From positions 1 through 64,000 of the forward strand of contig JBDIWC010000016.1 in the NCBI GenBank assembly GCA_039794085.1: DNA of 64,000 nt, read 5' to 3'. The first letter of the stretch is position 1; every line of letters begins with the position of its first letter. Below are positions 41,743 to 52,826 of the stretch, one piece after another. The notes beneath the pieces were generated by a model, which was not told the origin of the DNA, did no database searches, and saw only the letters and a list, made by a program, of their open reading frames with translations. Origin of the DNA: Gemmatimonadales bacterium. Its GTDB lineage: Bacteria; Gemmatimonadota; Gemmatimonadetes; Gemmatimonadales; GWC2-71-9. Made by a program: the position numbers and the translations under genes.

Positions 41743-42989
41743 CAGGACACTCCCTCGGAGCGGCCAGGCTCCGCCATCGGAAGAACAGACCGCCGCGGGC
41801 CCACCCCCGCAATGATGACCCCGCGGTCAAGGATGAAGAACACGAGATACCCCAGGACCAGATTCAGCCCGAACAGGAGGAACATCTTGAGGCGCGGACT
41901 GGTCACCCCGAGTCCCTGGTCGATGCCGACGATGGCAAACCCGGTCACCATGATGTACGCGAGAGCCAGGGGGAGCATGAACTTCCACCCGATGGCCATC
42001 AACTGGTCATACCGGAACCGGGGAAGGGTCCAGCGGATCCACATGACGAAGAAAATCCAGAACAGCACCTTGAGGAACATGACCCCGGCCGTGGCCACCG
42101 CCGGCACTATCCCTCCCCCTTCGTCCCAGCGCGTGAACGGGATGTCCCACCCGCCAAAGAAGAGGGTGACGACCATCGCCGCGATGGTCACGATGTTGGC
42201 ATACTCCGCGATGAAGAACATCGAGAACTTCATCGCGCTGTATTCGGTATGATATCCCGCGACCAGTTCGGACTCCGCCTCGGGCATGTCGAACGGGAGC
42301 CGGTTCGTTTCCGCAAATCCCGAGATCAGAAAGATGAAGAACGAGAGGAAAAGTGGCAGCACGAACCAGAGCCCTTGCTGCTGCTCCGCGATGATGGCAC
42401 TGAAGGACACGTTGCCCGACAGGAGGAGCACGGGAATGAGGCTCATCCCCATCGCGACCTCGTAACTCACCATCTGGGCACTCGCCCGCAGGCCGCCCAG
42501 CAGGCTGTACTTGCTGTTGGAGGACCATCCGGCCAGGGCGATCCCGTACACCCCGAGGGAGCTGATGGCCAGGACGAAGAGAAATCCGATTGGCAGGTCC
42601 ACCACAGCCAGGGGCATCAGCCCCTGGTGCACGAAGCGTCCGATCAGAGGAAGCGTGAAGTCGAAGTCGACCTGGAGCGGAGCCCCCCAGGGAATCACCG
42701 CGCCGAGGAGCATTGCCGGGATGAAGGAGAGAGCGGGAGCCAGCATGAAGATGATCGGGTTGGCCTGGCCCGGGAGGGTTTCCTCCTTCAGGATGTTCTT
42801 CACCCCATCGGCGGCGGGTTGCAGGAGGCCGGCCCACCCGACCCGGTTCGGGCCCCGCCGGTTCTGCATCCAGGCGGACACCTTCCGTTCCATCAAGGTC
42901 AACAGCGCCACCCCGACCATGGTGACGGTGAACACGGCGAGCATCTTGATCGTGGAGAGGAGCAGGAACCCCTTGAGTTCCGGCGTCAT
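41742..42989 (-). CDS. nuoH: NADH-quinone oxidoreductase subunit H
   Basis: ERKV..QNRRGPNRVG, AETNRLPFDMPEAESELVAGY. Confidence 0.96.
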   Translation of the reverse strand: MTPELKGFLLLSTIKMLAVFTVTMVGVALLTLMERKVSAWMQNRRGPNRVGWAGLLQPAADGVKNILKEETLPGQANPIIFMLAPALSFIPAMLLGAVIPWGAPLQVDFDFTLPLIGRFVHQGLMPLAVVDLPIGFLFVLAISSLGVYGIALAGWSSNSKYSLLGGLRASAQMVSYEVAMGMSLIPVLLLSGNVSFSAIIAEQQQGLWFVLPLFLSFFIFLISGFAETNRLPFDMPEAESELVAGYHTEYSAMKFSMFFIAEYANIVTIAAMVVTLFFGGWDIPFTRWDEGGGIVPAVATAGVMFLKVLFWIFFVMWIRWTLPRFRYDQLMAIGWKFMLPLALAYIMVTGFAIVGIDQGLGVTSPRLKMFLLFGLNLVLGYLVFFILDRGVIIAGVGPRRSVLPMAEPGRSEGVS

Positions 42990-44566
42990 GCCTGCGCTCC
43001 CGCGTCGGCCACGATCCGCCCGGTCAGTCCCAGCCGCGAGGGCGTGATTCCGTCGAGCGCCGGGATGACCGATGCCACACTGGCCATGGCGTCATCCACC
43101 CCCGCCTCCGCTTGTCGCCCCGGTTCAAGCCGGGACCAGGCTTCGGCCGCCACCCACCAGGCGGGTCGCGCCATGCCCGGGGCATGACGGGCGGGATGGT
43201 ACGCCTGGGCTCTGCCGTCGCGGTTGATCCAGGTTCCCTGCTCCTCGGCCATCGTCGAGACCGGGAGCACCTGGGCCACGGTGCCGGGCCACTCCCGGTC
43301 AAGGGTGTCGAGCAGGCACACCGTCCCGGTGGCCGCAGCGAGCCGGTCGAGGAGCTCGGGCAGGTGCAGATCCAGGACCATCACCAGGGCCGCTGAGGCC
43401 ACCCGGTCGAGCGTGGCGTCCCAGGCATCGGTGTATCCGACGAGGCGGGCCCCGAGAGCATTGGGGACCCGCTCTGCCCGCAGGGCAAGATTGGGTATGC
43501 CCGGAAGCGAGTGCTCCTCGCCCTGCGGGATGTGGACCGCGGCGCTCACCGTCCCCCCCGCGGCTTCCGCGAGGCGGCGGAGCAAACCGAGCGATTCGGT
43601 GGAGGCACGTGCGGAGGCCAGGAGGACCACGTCCCCCTGCCCCGCGTCCCGGACGGCGGCGGCGAGCCGATCGAGCGCATCGTCCCAATCAGTGGCCCGC
43701 AGACGTCCCCCCTCGCGGATCAGGGGGGCCTCGACCCGGTCGCCCCGGTTCATCCACCGGTAGTCGAGCCGACCATGGTCACAGATAAAGTGGCGGTTGA
43801 CATCGAGGTTGGGTCGCGGGCGGAGCCGAACCACCACATCGTCGCGCGTGTCGATCATGATGTTGCATCCCTGGCTGCAGCCGGGGCAGACACTCGGGCT
43901 CTTGTCGAGATCCCAGGCCCGGGCCTTGTGCAGGAAATCCTTCGAAATCAGGGATCCCACCGGGCAGAGATCCACCACGTTGCCCGCCCACGGATGATCC
44001 AGGGCGTGATCGGGATCGATGCCGATGTACGCCCGGTCCCCCCGCTCCGACACGTTCAGCACCGGCGTCTCCGCCACGGCGTCCATGAATCGCACGCACC
44101 GGGTGCAGAGGATGCAGCGGTTGGGGACGTAGAGGACATCCGGTCCGAACTCCTCGACCGGATTGAACCGTTTCGGATAGTCGGCGTAGCGGGTGCCGGA
44201 GCGGCCCTCCTGGAAAACATAGTCCTGGAGCTCGCACTCCCCCGCCTGGTCACAGATGGGGCAGTCGAGAGGATGGTTGATGAGCAGGAACTCCAGCACT
44301 CCCTCGCGCGCCTTTTCCGCAGCCGGACTGTGGACCTGAACCACCTGACCCTCCGCCACGGTCGTGACACAGGCGGGCAGGAGTTTGGGTGCCTTCTCCA
44401 CCTCCACGAGACACATCCGGCACACCGCCGGAGAGGGGAGCGAAGGATGGTAGCAGTAATGCGGGATGAGAACCCCCGCCTGCTTGGCGGCCTCGATCAG
44501 CGTCGTTCCCTTGGGAACGGAGACCGTGGCACCGTCGATCGTCAGGGTGACCAGTTCGGTTGTCAT
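42986..44566 (-). CDS. nuoG: NADH-quinone oxidoreductase subunit G, short form
   Basis: PHYCYHP, CRMCLVE, HPLDCPICDQAGEC, RCILCTRCVRF, CxxCxxxC-x27-C. Confidence 0.92.
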   Translation of the reverse strand: MTTELVTLTIDGATVSVPKGTTLIEAAKQAGVLIPHYCYHPSLPSPAVCRMCLVEVEKAPKLLPACVTTVAEGQVVQVHSPAAEKAREGVLEFLLINHPLDCPICDQAGECELQDYVFQEGRSGTRYADYPKRFNPVEEFGPDVLYVPNRCILCTRCVRFMDAVAETPVLNVSERGDRAYIGIDPDHALDHPWAGNVVDLCPVGSLISKDFLHKARAWDLDKSPSVCPGCSQGCNIMIDTRDDVVVRLRPRPNLDVNRHFICDHGRLDYRWMNRGDRVEAPLIREGGRLRATDWDDALDRLAAAVRDAGQGDVVLLASARASTESLGLLRRLAEAAGGTVSAAVHIPQGEEHSLPGIPNLALRAERVPNALGARLVGYTDAWDATLDRVASAALVMVLDLHLPELLDRLAAATGTVCLLDTLDREWPGTVAQVLPVSTMAEEQGTWINRDGRAQAYHPARHAPGMARPAWWVAAEAWSRLEPGRQAEAGVDDAMASVASVIPALDGITPSRLGLTGRIVADAGAQA

Positions 44567-44570
44567 CGGT

Positions 44571-45878
44571 TCATACTCCGGCGAGCGCGTGGGTGCGCCC
44601 GGCCGTCAGGTAGGCCTCGAAATCGGCGCGGAACTTCTGAATGCCGCTGACCACCGGTGCAGCGCAGGAATCGCTCAGGACGCAGATGGTCTTGCCGGTC
44701 ATGTTCTCCGCGAGATCGAGCAGCAGATCCAGGTCGCTGGCCTTTCCCTCGCCCCGGAGGATCCGTTCGAGAATACGGACCGTCCACCCGGTCCCCTCCC
44801 GGCACTGCGTGCACTGAGCACACGACTCATGGGCATAGAACCGGGTGAGCCGGTAGATCTCGTAGACGATGTCGGTGGAATCGTCCATGACGATCATTCC
44901 CCCCGAGCCGAGCATCGACCCCGCCGCCACGACGCCCTCGTAGTCGGTCACACAGCCCTCGACCTCCGTGGTGTTCAGGATCGGCACCGAGGAGCCGCCG
45001 GGAATCACGGCCTTCAGGGTACGTCCGGGACGCATGCCGCCACACAGGTCGAAGATGAGATCCCGCATCGGGGTGCCCAGCGTGATCTCATAGTTTCCCG
45101 GCCGCATGACATGACCGCAGACCGAAATCAGCTTGGTCCCGGTACTCTTGGGGTTGCCGAGCGACAGACCCCGGTACCAGTCGGCCCCGCGGGTCAGGAT
45201 ATGAGGGACGGCCGCCAGCGTCTCGACGTTGTTGATCGTGGTCGGAAGGCCGAACAGCCCCGCCTGGGCGGGGAACGGGGGTTTGATGCGGGGATTGCCA
45301 CGTTTGCCCTCGATGCTGTTCATCAGGGCGGTTTCTTCGCCGCAGATGTACGCCCCCGCTCCGCGATGCAGCACGATGTCGATGCGGCGGCCCGACCCCA
45401 ACGCCGAAGAACCGAGTACGCCGACGGCATAAGCCTCCGCCACCGCCTCGGTCATGATGCGCCATGGTTCGGTGAACTCGCCGCGGATGTAGATGTAGCA
45501 GCGCTCGGCGCCGATGGCATGGCTCGCGATGGCGCACCCCTCGATCAGGGCGTGGGGCGTCCAGCGCATGATCTCGCGGTCCTTGAACGTGCCCGGCTCC
45601 GATTCGTCCGCATTGCAGACGAGGAAGTGCGGTCGGCCGTCCTCCTTCGGCATGAACGACCACTTGAGGCCGGTCGGGAACCCCGCGCCGCCCCGGCCGC
45701 GCAGTCCCGACGATTTCACCACCTCCACGACCTCGCTGGGGGGCATGGCGAGGGCCTGGCGCAGGGCGGTATATCCCCCGCGCTCGACCCAGCCGGCGTG
45801 AGAGCGGGCTCCGGGGTCGCCGAAGTACGTCGAGAGAACCGGGGTTTCCCCGGGATGGAGCGGATGGGGAAATCCCAT
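44571..45878 (-). CDS. nuoF: NADH-quinone oxidoreductase subunit F
   Basis: GRGGAGFPTG, NADESEPG, GAYICGEETAL, ESCAQCTQCREG. Confidence 0.97.
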   Translation of the reverse strand: MGFPHPLHPGETPVLSTYFGDPGARSHAGWVERGGYTALRQALAMPPSEVVEVVKSSGLRGRGGAGFPTGLKWSFMPKEDGRPHFLVCNADESEPGTFKDREIMRWTPHALIEGCAIASHAIGAERCYIYIRGEFTEPWRIMTEAVAEAYAVGVLGSSALGSGRRIDIVLHRGAGAYICGEETALMNSIEGKRGNPRIKPPFPAQAGLFGLPTTINNVETLAAVPHILTRGADWYRGLSLGNPKSTGTKLISVCGHVMRPGNYEITLGTPMRDLIFDLCGGMRPGRTLKAVIPGGSSVPILNTTEVEGCVTDYEGVVAAGSMLGSGGMIVMDDSTDIVYEIYRLTRFYAHESCAQCTQCREGTGWTVRILERILRGEGKASDLDLLLDLAENMTGKTICVLSDSCAAPVVSGIQKFRADFEAYLTAGRTHALAGV

Positions 45879-46387
45879 TATTCGTACCCCTGCAGAAGAC
45901 CGGCGACCCGCTCCGGCGTCACGCTCTCGATGAAGTCGTCATCGATCAGCATCGGAGTGGCAAAGCCGCACGCGCCAAGGCACTCGACCTCGACCACGGT
46001 AAACCGTCCATCGGGGCTGGTCGCGCCTAATTCACCACACCCGGTTTCCTTCAGGAGAGCGCCCACCACGTCGGCCGATCCGTTCAGGTGACAGGGGGAC
46101 GTGGTGCACACCTGGATGACGTGGCGGCCCATCGGGTGCTGATGATACATCGTGTAGAAGGTCACCACGCCGCGCACGTGGGCCGGCGTGAGCCCGAGGA
46201 CCGTGGCCACCTCGGCGATGGACTCGGGACTGATCCAGCCGCGAGCCTCCTGGATCATCCAGAGAGCGGGCAGGAGGCACGCCTGCCGGGTCGGGTAGCT
46301 GTCGTAGAGCGCCTCGAGGCGCGCGAGGGTGTCCCCGGTGAAAACGGGCGAGTGGGTTCCCGCCTCGGTCGCGTGCGCGGCACTCAT
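45878..46387 (-). CDS. nuoE: NADH-quinone oxidoreductase subunit E
   Basis: TFYTMY, VCTTSPC, VECLGAC. Confidence 0.95.
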   Translation of the reverse strand: MSAAHATEAGTHSPVFTGDTLARLEALYDSYPTRQACLLPALWMIQEARGWISPESIAEVATVLGLTPAHVRGVVTFYTMYHQHPMGRHVIQVCTTSPCHLNGSADVVGALLKETGCGELGATSPDGRFTVVEVECLGACGFATPMLIDDDFIESVTPERVAGLLQGYE

Positions 46388-47655
46388 CGGTCGATCTCTC
46401 CCATCACGATGTCCACACTGGCATTGATGGCGATCACGTCGGAAAGCAGAACTCCCTCACACAGGGTGGGCAGCACCGACAGATTGATGAAGGACGGGGG
46501 ACGGATCCGCCAGCGCACCGGCTTGGCGGTGCCGTCCGACACCAGGTAGGAGCCGAGTTCCCCCTTCGGATTTTCGACGCCGAAATAGGCCTCGCCTTCG
46601 GGCGCCGCCACCCCCTCCATCACCTGCTTAAAATGGAAGATCATCGCTTCCATGTCGCTCATGGCGCGGCTCTTGGGGGGAAGAATCACCCGGGGGTCGT
46701 CCACATTGATCGGTCCCGGCTCCAGCCGGTCGAGGGCCTGCTCCAGGATTCGGGTGGACTGGAACATCTCCTCCAGACGCACCCGGTACCGGTCGTAGAC
46801 GTCCCCATGTTCCCCGATCGGCACGTCGAAATCGTATGTTTCATAGTCCAGATACGGGCGATCCTTGCGCACATCGTAGTCCACTCCGCTGGCCCGCAGC
46901 ATCGGCCCCGTGAGGGACCAGTTGATGGCGTCCTCCCCCGAGATCGCGCCCACGTCCCGGGTGCGTCCGATCCAGATGGCGTTCCGGGTGAACATCGTGT
47001 CCACCTCGCGGAGCGTGTCGGGAAAGGTGCGGCAGAAGGTCCGCAGCCGGTCCGTCCATCCGTCCGGGACGTCTGCCATCATTCCCCCGACTCGCGTCAG
47101 GCTGGTGGTCAGGCGGGCGCCGGTCCACGCTTCCTGCAGGTCGTAGATGCGTTCCCGTTCCTGGAACGACCAGAGGAACGGAGTAAACGCGCCCAGGTCG
47201 ATTCCCGTGGTGCCGAGCCAGACCAGGTGGCTGATGATCCGGCTCATCTCGCAGGCGATGACCCGGAGCACCCGGCACCGGGGGGTGATCTCGATGCCCA
47301 TGAGCTTTTCCGCGGCCAGGGCGAAGCCCACGTTGTTCGCCATCGGAGAGAGGTAGTCGGTGCGATCGGTCAGCGGGATGATCTGATTGTAGTGCCGGTA
47401 CTCACCGAGCTTCTCGAATCCCGAATGGAGGTACCCGATGTGGGGGACGACGCGCCGCACCGTCTCGCCGTCGAGCTCGACCAGCAGCCGGAGCACGCCG
47501 TGGGTCGCCGGATGCTGCGGTCCGAGGTTCACGATCATCGGCTCCGCCCCGGGATCGATGGCGGGGGAAGCGACGCCGAGTGGATGGCGTACCGCCCGCC
47601 CCCGTTCGTCGAGGCCGGGAGTGGCCAGGGCCAGTTCCACGGTCCGGGTGGTCAT
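46384..47655 (-). CDS. nuoD: NADH-quinone oxidoreductase subunit D
   Basis: GPQHPATHGVLR, GYLH, DRTDY, GEIDR C-terminus. Confidence 0.96.
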   Translation of the reverse strand: MTTRTVELALATPGLDERGRAVRHPLGVASPAIDPGAEPMIVNLGPQHPATHGVLRLLVELDGETVRRVVPHIGYLHSGFEKLGEYRHYNQIIPLTDRTDYLSPMANNVGFALAAEKLMGIEITPRCRVLRVIACEMSRIISHLVWLGTTGIDLGAFTPFLWSFQERERIYDLQEAWTGARLTTSLTRVGGMMADVPDGWTDRLRTFCRTFPDTLREVDTMFTRNAIWIGRTRDVGAISGEDAINWSLTGPMLRASGVDYDVRKDRPYLDYETYDFDVPIGEHGDVYDRYRVRLEEMFQSTRILEQALDRLEPGPINVDDPRVILPPKSRAMSDMEAMIFHFKQVMEGVAAPEGEAYFGVENPKGELGSYLVSDGTAKPVRWRIRPPSFINLSVLPTLCEGVLLSDVIAINASVDIVMGEIDR

Positions 47656-48278
47656 CGGACTTCTCCCTTTCTTCCCTCGGACAGCCGTTGCCGCATGTCC
47701 GCGGGGAGCTCCCGCGAGGCGGCGGCCAGGGAGAGTTCCTCGTGGGAATAATGCGCCTCCGGCTCGGCGGCGAGCGCCTGCCGGACCTGCTCGGACCGGG
47801 AGAACCGTCCCCGCAACGGAAAGGCCTTTCGCAGGGGATGGCCCTCGGCGTAGGTCTCCCACATCAGAATGCGGCGCAGGTCGGGGTGCCCGGCGAATCG
47901 GATCCCGAACATGTCATAGACCTCCCGTTCCAACCAGTTGGCCCCGCGCCAGATGTCGGTCACCGAATCCACTTCAAGATCGGGGCTGTCGGCGGGGAGG
48001 GCGATCTTGACGCGCAGATCAGCCCGTCGAGTCAGAGACCGGAGCTGGTAGACGACTTCCAGGGGGCGCTCGGGATCGCGGTACTCCACCGCCGTGATGT
48101 CGGTGAGAAAGTCGAACTTTTCCCCGGCGTTCTCCCGGAGCCAGGCCAGGATCTCGTGGGCCCGGTCCCGATCCACGTAGACGATGGTATCGCCGCAGGA
48201 GACGACACTGCGACCGATGGCGTCCCCGAACATGGTCCGGAGTGTCGCCACGGAGGGCGAGAGCAAAGCGGCGCTCAT
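47652..48278 (-). CDS. nuoC: NADH-quinone oxidoreductase subunit C
   Basis: [28 protein letters not shown]. Confidence 0.95.
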   Translation of the reverse strand: MSAALLSPSVATLRTMFGDAIGRSVVSCGDTIVYVDRDRAHEILAWLRENAGEKFDFLTDITAVEYRDPERPLEVVYQLRSLTRRADLRVKIALPADSPDLEVDSVTDIWRGANWLEREVYDMFGIRFAGHPDLRRILMWETYAEGHPLRKAFPLRGRFSRSEQVRQALAAEPEAHYSHEELSLAAASRELPADMRQRLSEGRKGEVR

Positions 48279-48913
48279 GCGCTGCGGGTCTGGTGGATGG
48301 AGTTCCCGAACGGCTCCGACAGTTCGTCCACCCGGTTCGGCGGAAGGAAGAGCCCGGTTTCCGGGTCGGTGAGATGCTCCACCCGCAGGGAGGTATCGGA
48401 GAGCCGTTCCCCGCGGATCTTCTTCTGAAGCAGCATGATGCCGTAAATCAGTCCCTCGGGCCGGGGAGGGCACCCGGGGACGTACACATCCACCGGGATG
48501 ATGGTGTCGATTCCCTGCACCATCGCATAAGTGTCGAAGATCCCTCCCGTCGAGGCGCACGCGCCCATCGAGATCGACCACTTGGGCTGGGGCATCTGAT
48601 CCCAGACCCGCCGGATGATCGGCGCCAGTTTGAAGGGGAGCCGTCCGGCGCAGATGAGGACGTCGGCCTGGCGTGGCGAGAAACTCATCCGCTCCATGCC
48701 GAACCGGCTCAGATCGTACCGGCTGGCGGCCGACGCCATGAACTCGATGGCGCAGCAGGCGGTCCCGAACGGCATCGGCCAGAGGGAGTTGGACCGGGCC
48801 CAGTTCGTGACCCAGCTCCCCAGCGCATCGAGGCGTGTCGTGAGAAAGTTGGCCGACGCCTCCGGAGGAAGGTCGGGGAGATCGGGTGCTTCCGTCGTGG
48901 GGGTCAATCCCAT
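48275..48913 (-). CDS. nuoB: NADH-quinone oxidoreductase subunit B
   Basis: [27 protein letters not shown]. Confidence 0.97.
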   Translation of the reverse strand: MGLTPTTEAPDLPDLPPEASANFLTTRLDALGSWVTNWARSNSLWPMPFGTACCAIEFMASAASRYDLSRFGMERMSFSPRQADVLICAGRLPFKLAPIIRRVWDQMPQPKWSISMGACASTGGIFDTYAMVQGIDTIIPVDVYVPGCPPRPEGLIYGIMLLQKKIRGERLSDTSLRVEHLTDPETGLFLPPNRVDELSEPFGNSIHQTRSA

Positions 48914-49269
48914 TGCAACGCTCCACGCTTCCAGATGTACACGTATCCGACCGCGAGAATGGCGACGAACACGAACATTTCGATGAGGAGAAGTCCCGCG
49001 AGATCGCTCAACTGCCGCACCGCGACGGCCCAGGGAATCATGAAGACGGTTTCAATGTCGAAGATGATGAAGAGCATCGCCACGAGGTAGAACTTCACCG
49101 AGAACCGCTCCCGGGCATCGCCGAGGACGGGGACACCCGACTCATACGGCGCCAGCTTGACGGGACTGCGCCGGTAGCTGGACAGCATATGCGACAACAT
49201 GAGCATCATGATCGCGTTGACGACCACGAATCCTAGGAGCACCAGCACTGGCACATATGGCTGCAACAT
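48904..49269 (-). CDS. nuoA: NADH-quinone oxidoreductase subunit A
   Basis: [27 protein letters not shown]. Confidence 0.96.
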   Translation of the reverse strand: MLQPYVPVLVLLGFVVVNAIMMLMLSHMLSSYRRSPVKLAPYESGVPVLGDARERFSVKFYLVAMLFIIFDIETVFMIPWAVAVRQLSDLAGLLLIEMFVFVAILAVGYVYIWKRGALQWD

Positions 49270-49317
49270 GAGACCGAACCCCGGTGGCGGGTACCGTGAC
49301 CGCAGGGACGAAGCCCA

Positions 49318-49346
49318 AATCTATACCGTTCCGGAACGCAGTTCAA
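49318..49346 (-). promoter_or_regulatory. Sigma70-like promoter of nuo operon with palindromic spacer
   Basis: TTGAAC-17bp-TAGATT; CGTTCCGGAACG at 49327-49338. Confidence 0.5.
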
Positions 49347-49435
49347 GCCGCGCAATCGTCCGCAAATTGTGGTTCCGGCTATATTTACCGCGCACATCGT
49401 TCCCGTCCCCTTCCCTCTCGCCCCGGACCCGCCCG

Positions 49436-50014
49436 ATGTCCATCAAGTCCGACCGCTGGATCCGCCGCATGGCACGCGAACACGGCATGATCGAACCCTT
49501 CGTCGACGGCCAGATTCGGGAGCCCGCGGCGGACGGACTTCGGGTTATCTCCTACGGCGTGTCGTCGTATGGGTACGACATGCGGGTCGCCCCCGAGTTT
49601 CGCATCTTCACCAATGCGCTCTCGGCGATTGTGGATCCGAAAAATTTCGATGCCCGAAGCTTCGTCGAGTACGAAGGGGAGATCTGCCTCGTTCCCCCGA
49701 ACTCCTTTGCCCTGGCCCGGTCGGTCGAGTACTTCCGGATTCCGCGAAACGTCCTCACCATCTGCGTCGGAAAGTCGACCTATGCCCGCTGCGGGATCAT
49801 CACCAACGTCACCCCGTTCGAGCCGGAGTGGGAGGGGCACGTCACCCTGGAGATCAGCAACACCACTCCCCTCCCCGCCCGGGTCTACGCCAACGAGGGG
49901 ATCTGCCAGGTCCTCTTCTTCGAGGCCGACGCCGATGATGAGTGTCAAGTGAGCTACCGGGACAAGGCCGGAAAGTACCAGGCCCAGCGGGGAGTGACGC
50001 TTCCCCGGATGTAG
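49436..50014 (+). CDS. dcd: dCTP deaminase
   Basis: [44 protein letters not shown]. Confidence 0.96.
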   Translation: MSIKSDRWIRRMAREHGMIEPFVDGQIREPAADGLRVISYGVSSYGYDMRVAPEFRIFTNALSAIVDPKNFDARSFVEYEGEICLVPPNSFALARSVEYFRIPRNVLTICVGKSTYARCGIITNVTPFEPEWEGHVTLEISNTTPLPARVYANEGICQVLFFEADADDECQVSYRDKAGKYQAQRGVTLPRM

Positions 50015-50017
50015 TGT

Positions 50018-50144
50018 GAAGTTCGAAGTGTGAAGTTTGAAGTTGTTCGAATTTCGGGCCGATGTCGCGGGAGCAAGATCGGGACGGTTCAATCCGGGGA
50101 GGGGCAGGACTCCTTCAAACTTCGAACTTCAAACTTTCAACTTC
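50018..50144. repeat. Two inverted heptamer arrays between convergent dcd and sdhB
   Basis: GAAGTTC GAAGTGT GAAGTTT GAAGTTG (50018-50045) and AAACTTC GAACTTC AAACTTT CAACTTC (50117-50144). Confidence 0.9.
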
Positions 50145-50145
50145 C

Positions 50146-50907
50146 TCAGGCCGCTTCGCCGTCCCGCGACACCAGGCTGGCCCGAAAGAAATCGGCATTG
50201 AGCCGCGCGATCGCCTCCAGGGGAATCTCCTTCGGGCAGGCTTCGTGGCACTCCCCGAAGTTGGTGCACCCTCCGAACCCCGCCTCGTCCATCATGTGCA
50301 CCATGGCCATCACCCGCCGGTGCCGTTCCGGCTGGCCCTGGGGGAGGAGGCCGAAGTGCGTCACCTTGGCGCCGGTGAAGAGCATCGCCGAGGCGTTCGG
50401 ACAGGCCGCGACGCAGGCGCCGCACCCGATGCACTGCGCCGCGTCCATGGCACGGTCGGCCGCCTCCTTGGGAATCAGGATGGCGTTGGCGTCCGGAGCA
50501 CTTCCGGTGCTCGCGCTGATGTACCCCCCGGCCGCGATGATCCGGTCCAGCCCCGACCGGTCGACGATCAGGTCCCGCAGGACGGGAAACGCACTCGCTC
50601 TGAACGGTTCGATCGTGATCGTGTCGCCATCCCGGAAGAACCGCATGTGGAGCTGGCAGGTGGTGGTGGCCCGGTTGGGGCCGTGTGGCACCCCGTTGAT
50701 CGTCATGCTGCATGCCCCACAGATCCCCTCACGGCAGTCATGGTCGAACGCGACCGGCTCGGCGCCCTTCGCAATCAGATCCTCGTTCACCACGTCGAGC
50801 ATTTCCAGAAACGACATCTCCGGATTGACGTCTGTGGCCTGCACCGTCTCGATCCGTCCCGGAACCGAGGGGCCGGCCTGGCGCCAGATGCGCAGGGTGA
50901 GATTCAC
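50146..50907 (-). CDS. sdhB: Succinate dehydrogenase/fumarate reductase Fe-S subunit
   Basis: [35 protein letters not shown]. Confidence 0.95.
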   Translation of the reverse strand: MNLTLRIWRQAGPSVPGRIETVQATDVNPEMSFLEMLDVVNEDLIAKGAEPVAFDHDCREGICGACSMTINGVPHGPNRATTTCQLHMRFFRDGDTITIEPFRASAFPVLRDLIVDRSGLDRIIAAGGYISASTGSAPDANAILIPKEAADRAMDAAQCIGCGACVAACPNASAMLFTGAKVTHFGLLPQGQPERHRRVMAMVHMMDEAGFGGCTNFGECHEACPKEIPLEAIARLNADFFRASLVSRDGEAA

Positions 50908-52817
50908 TTGTAGCTCCGGGTGGCGAGGTGGATGTTCTCGAAGACGAGTGGTTCCTTGTGGAGGATTGGAGGACGGCCGTCGCCGGGGGTCTCCCAGGCG
51001 GCGACATAGGCGAAATCAACGTCGTTCCGCTTCGCCTCCCCATCGGGCGTCTGGTGCTCCTCCCGGAAGTGACCGCCGCACGACTCTTCCCGGTGCAGCG
51101 CGTCGATGCACATGAGCTCGGCGAACTCCAGGAAGTCCGCCACCCGGCCCGCCTTTTCCAGCGACTGGTTCAGGGCATCCCCGGATCCGGGCAGCCGGAG
51201 GTCGGCCCAGAACTCCTCCCGGAGCGCGGGAATCAGCTCCAGGGCCCGCGCCAATCCAGCCGCGTTCCGGGACATGCCGCAGTGGTCCCACATGATCTTT
51301 CCCAACTCCCGGTGGAACGAGTCCACCGACCGGTGACCCCCGATGCCGAGCAGCCGGGTGATCCGCGCGCGGGCGGCGGCCTCGGTGGCCCGGACCTCGG
51401 GATGGTCCCGCGGGACGGGCGCGGGGCGCGTGGTGGCGAGATAGTCCGAGATGGTGGCGGGAATGATAAAATATCCGTCGCCCAGTCCCTGCATCAGAGC
51501 GCTCGCGCCGAGACGGTTGGCCCCATGATCCGAGAAATTGGCCTCGCCCAGCACATGGAGGCCGGGGATGGTGCTCATGAGGTTGTAGTCCACCCAGAGT
51601 CCGCCCATGGCATAATGGGCGGCGGGATAGATCCGCATGGGCACTCGGTACGGATCGTCGCCGGTGATTCGTTCGTACATCTCGAAGAGGTTTCCGTACC
51701 GTTCCCGGATCGTGTCCTCGCCCAGCCGGCGGATGCTGTCCGCGAAGTCGAGATAGACACCCAGGCCCGTCTCCCCGATGCCCCGCCCCTCGTCACAGAC
51801 CTCCTTGGCACTGCGCGAGGAGATGTCCCGCGGCGCGAGATTGCCGAAGCTGGGATACTTCCGCTCCAGGTAATAGTCGCGCTCGGCATCGGGGATCTCG
51901 CCGGGCCGACGGGTGTCTCCCTGGTTCCGGGGCACCCAGACGCGCCCGTCGTTCCGCAGCGACTCGCTCATGAGCGTGAGCTTGGACTGGTAGTCCCCGC
52001 TTACCGGAATGCAGGTGGGGTGGATCTGGGTATAGCACGGGTTGGCAAACGCCGCCCCCCGGCGGTGGGCCCGGTAGCCCGCGGTGACGTTGCAGCCCTT
52101 GGCGTTGGTCGAGAGGTAGAAGACGTTCGCGTAGCCGCCGGTGGCGAGGATCACCGCATCGCCGAGGTGGGAACTGATGTCCCCGGTCACCAGGTCCCGC
52201 ACCACGATGCCCCGGGCATGGCCGTCCACCACGATGAGGTCGAGCATCTCGGTGCGGGGATGCATGGTCACGGTGCCCCGCGCGATCTGGCGTTCCAGGG
52301 CTCCGTAGGCGCCCAGCAGAAGCTGCTGCCCGGTCTGGCCCCGGGCGTAGAAGGTCCGGGACACCTGGGCGCCGCCGAAGCTGCGATTGGACAGCAGGCC
52401 GCCATACTCCCGGGCGAAGGGGACGCCCTGGGCGGCGCACTGGTCGATGATGTTGACGCTGATCTCGGCCAGCCGGTGCACGTTGGCCTCGCGCGAGCGG
52501 AAGTCTCCCCCCTTCACCGTGTCGTAGAAGAGGCGGTGAACGCTGTCTCCATCGTTCTGGTAGTTCTTGGCCGCGTTGATCCCGCCCTGCGCGGCGATGG
52601 AGTGGGCCCGCCGGGGCGAGTCCTGGAAGCAGTAGCACTCCACCCGGTACCCGAGCTCGCCGAGGGTGGCGGCCGCGGAGGCACCCGCCAGCCCGCTGCC
52701 CACCACCAGCAGGGTGTGTTTCCGCTTGTTGGAGGGGTTGACCAGTTTCAGGTCGAACTTGTGCCGGGTCCACTTGTCGGCCAGGGGGCCACCGGGAACC
52801 TTCGGATCGAGTGTCAT
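50904..52817 (-). CDS. sdhA: Succinate dehydrogenase/fumarate reductase flavoprotein
   Basis: [39 protein letters not shown]. Confidence 0.96.
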   Translation of the reverse strand: MTLDPKVPGGPLADKWTRHKFDLKLVNPSNKRKHTLLVVGSGLAGASAAATLGELGYRVECYCFQDSPRRAHSIAAQGGINAAKNYQNDGDSVHRLFYDTVKGGDFRSREANVHRLAEISVNIIDQCAAQGVPFAREYGGLLSNRSFGGAQVSRTFYARGQTGQQLLLGAYGALERQIARGTVTMHPRTEMLDLIVVDGHARGIVVRDLVTGDISSHLGDAVILATGGYANVFYLSTNAKGCNVTAGYRAHRRGAAFANPCYTQIHPTCIPVSGDYQSKLTLMSESLRNDGRVWVPRNQGDTRRPGEIPDAERDYYLERKYPSFGNLAPRDISSRSAKEVCDEGRGIGETGLGVYLDFADSIRRLGEDTIRERYGNLFEMYERITGDDPYRVPMRIYPAAHYAMGGLWVDYNLMSTIPGLHVLGEANFSDHGANRLGASALMQGLGDGYFIIPATISDYLATTRPAPVPRDHPEVRATEAAARARITRLLGIGGHRSVDSFHRELGKIMWDHCGMSRNAAGLARALELIPALREEFWADLRLPGSGDALNQSLEKAGRVADFLEFAELMCIDALHREESCGGHFREEHQTPDGEAKRNDVDFAYVAAWETPGDGRPPILHKEPLVFENIHLATRSYK

Positions 52818-52826
52818 CTGCGGCTC

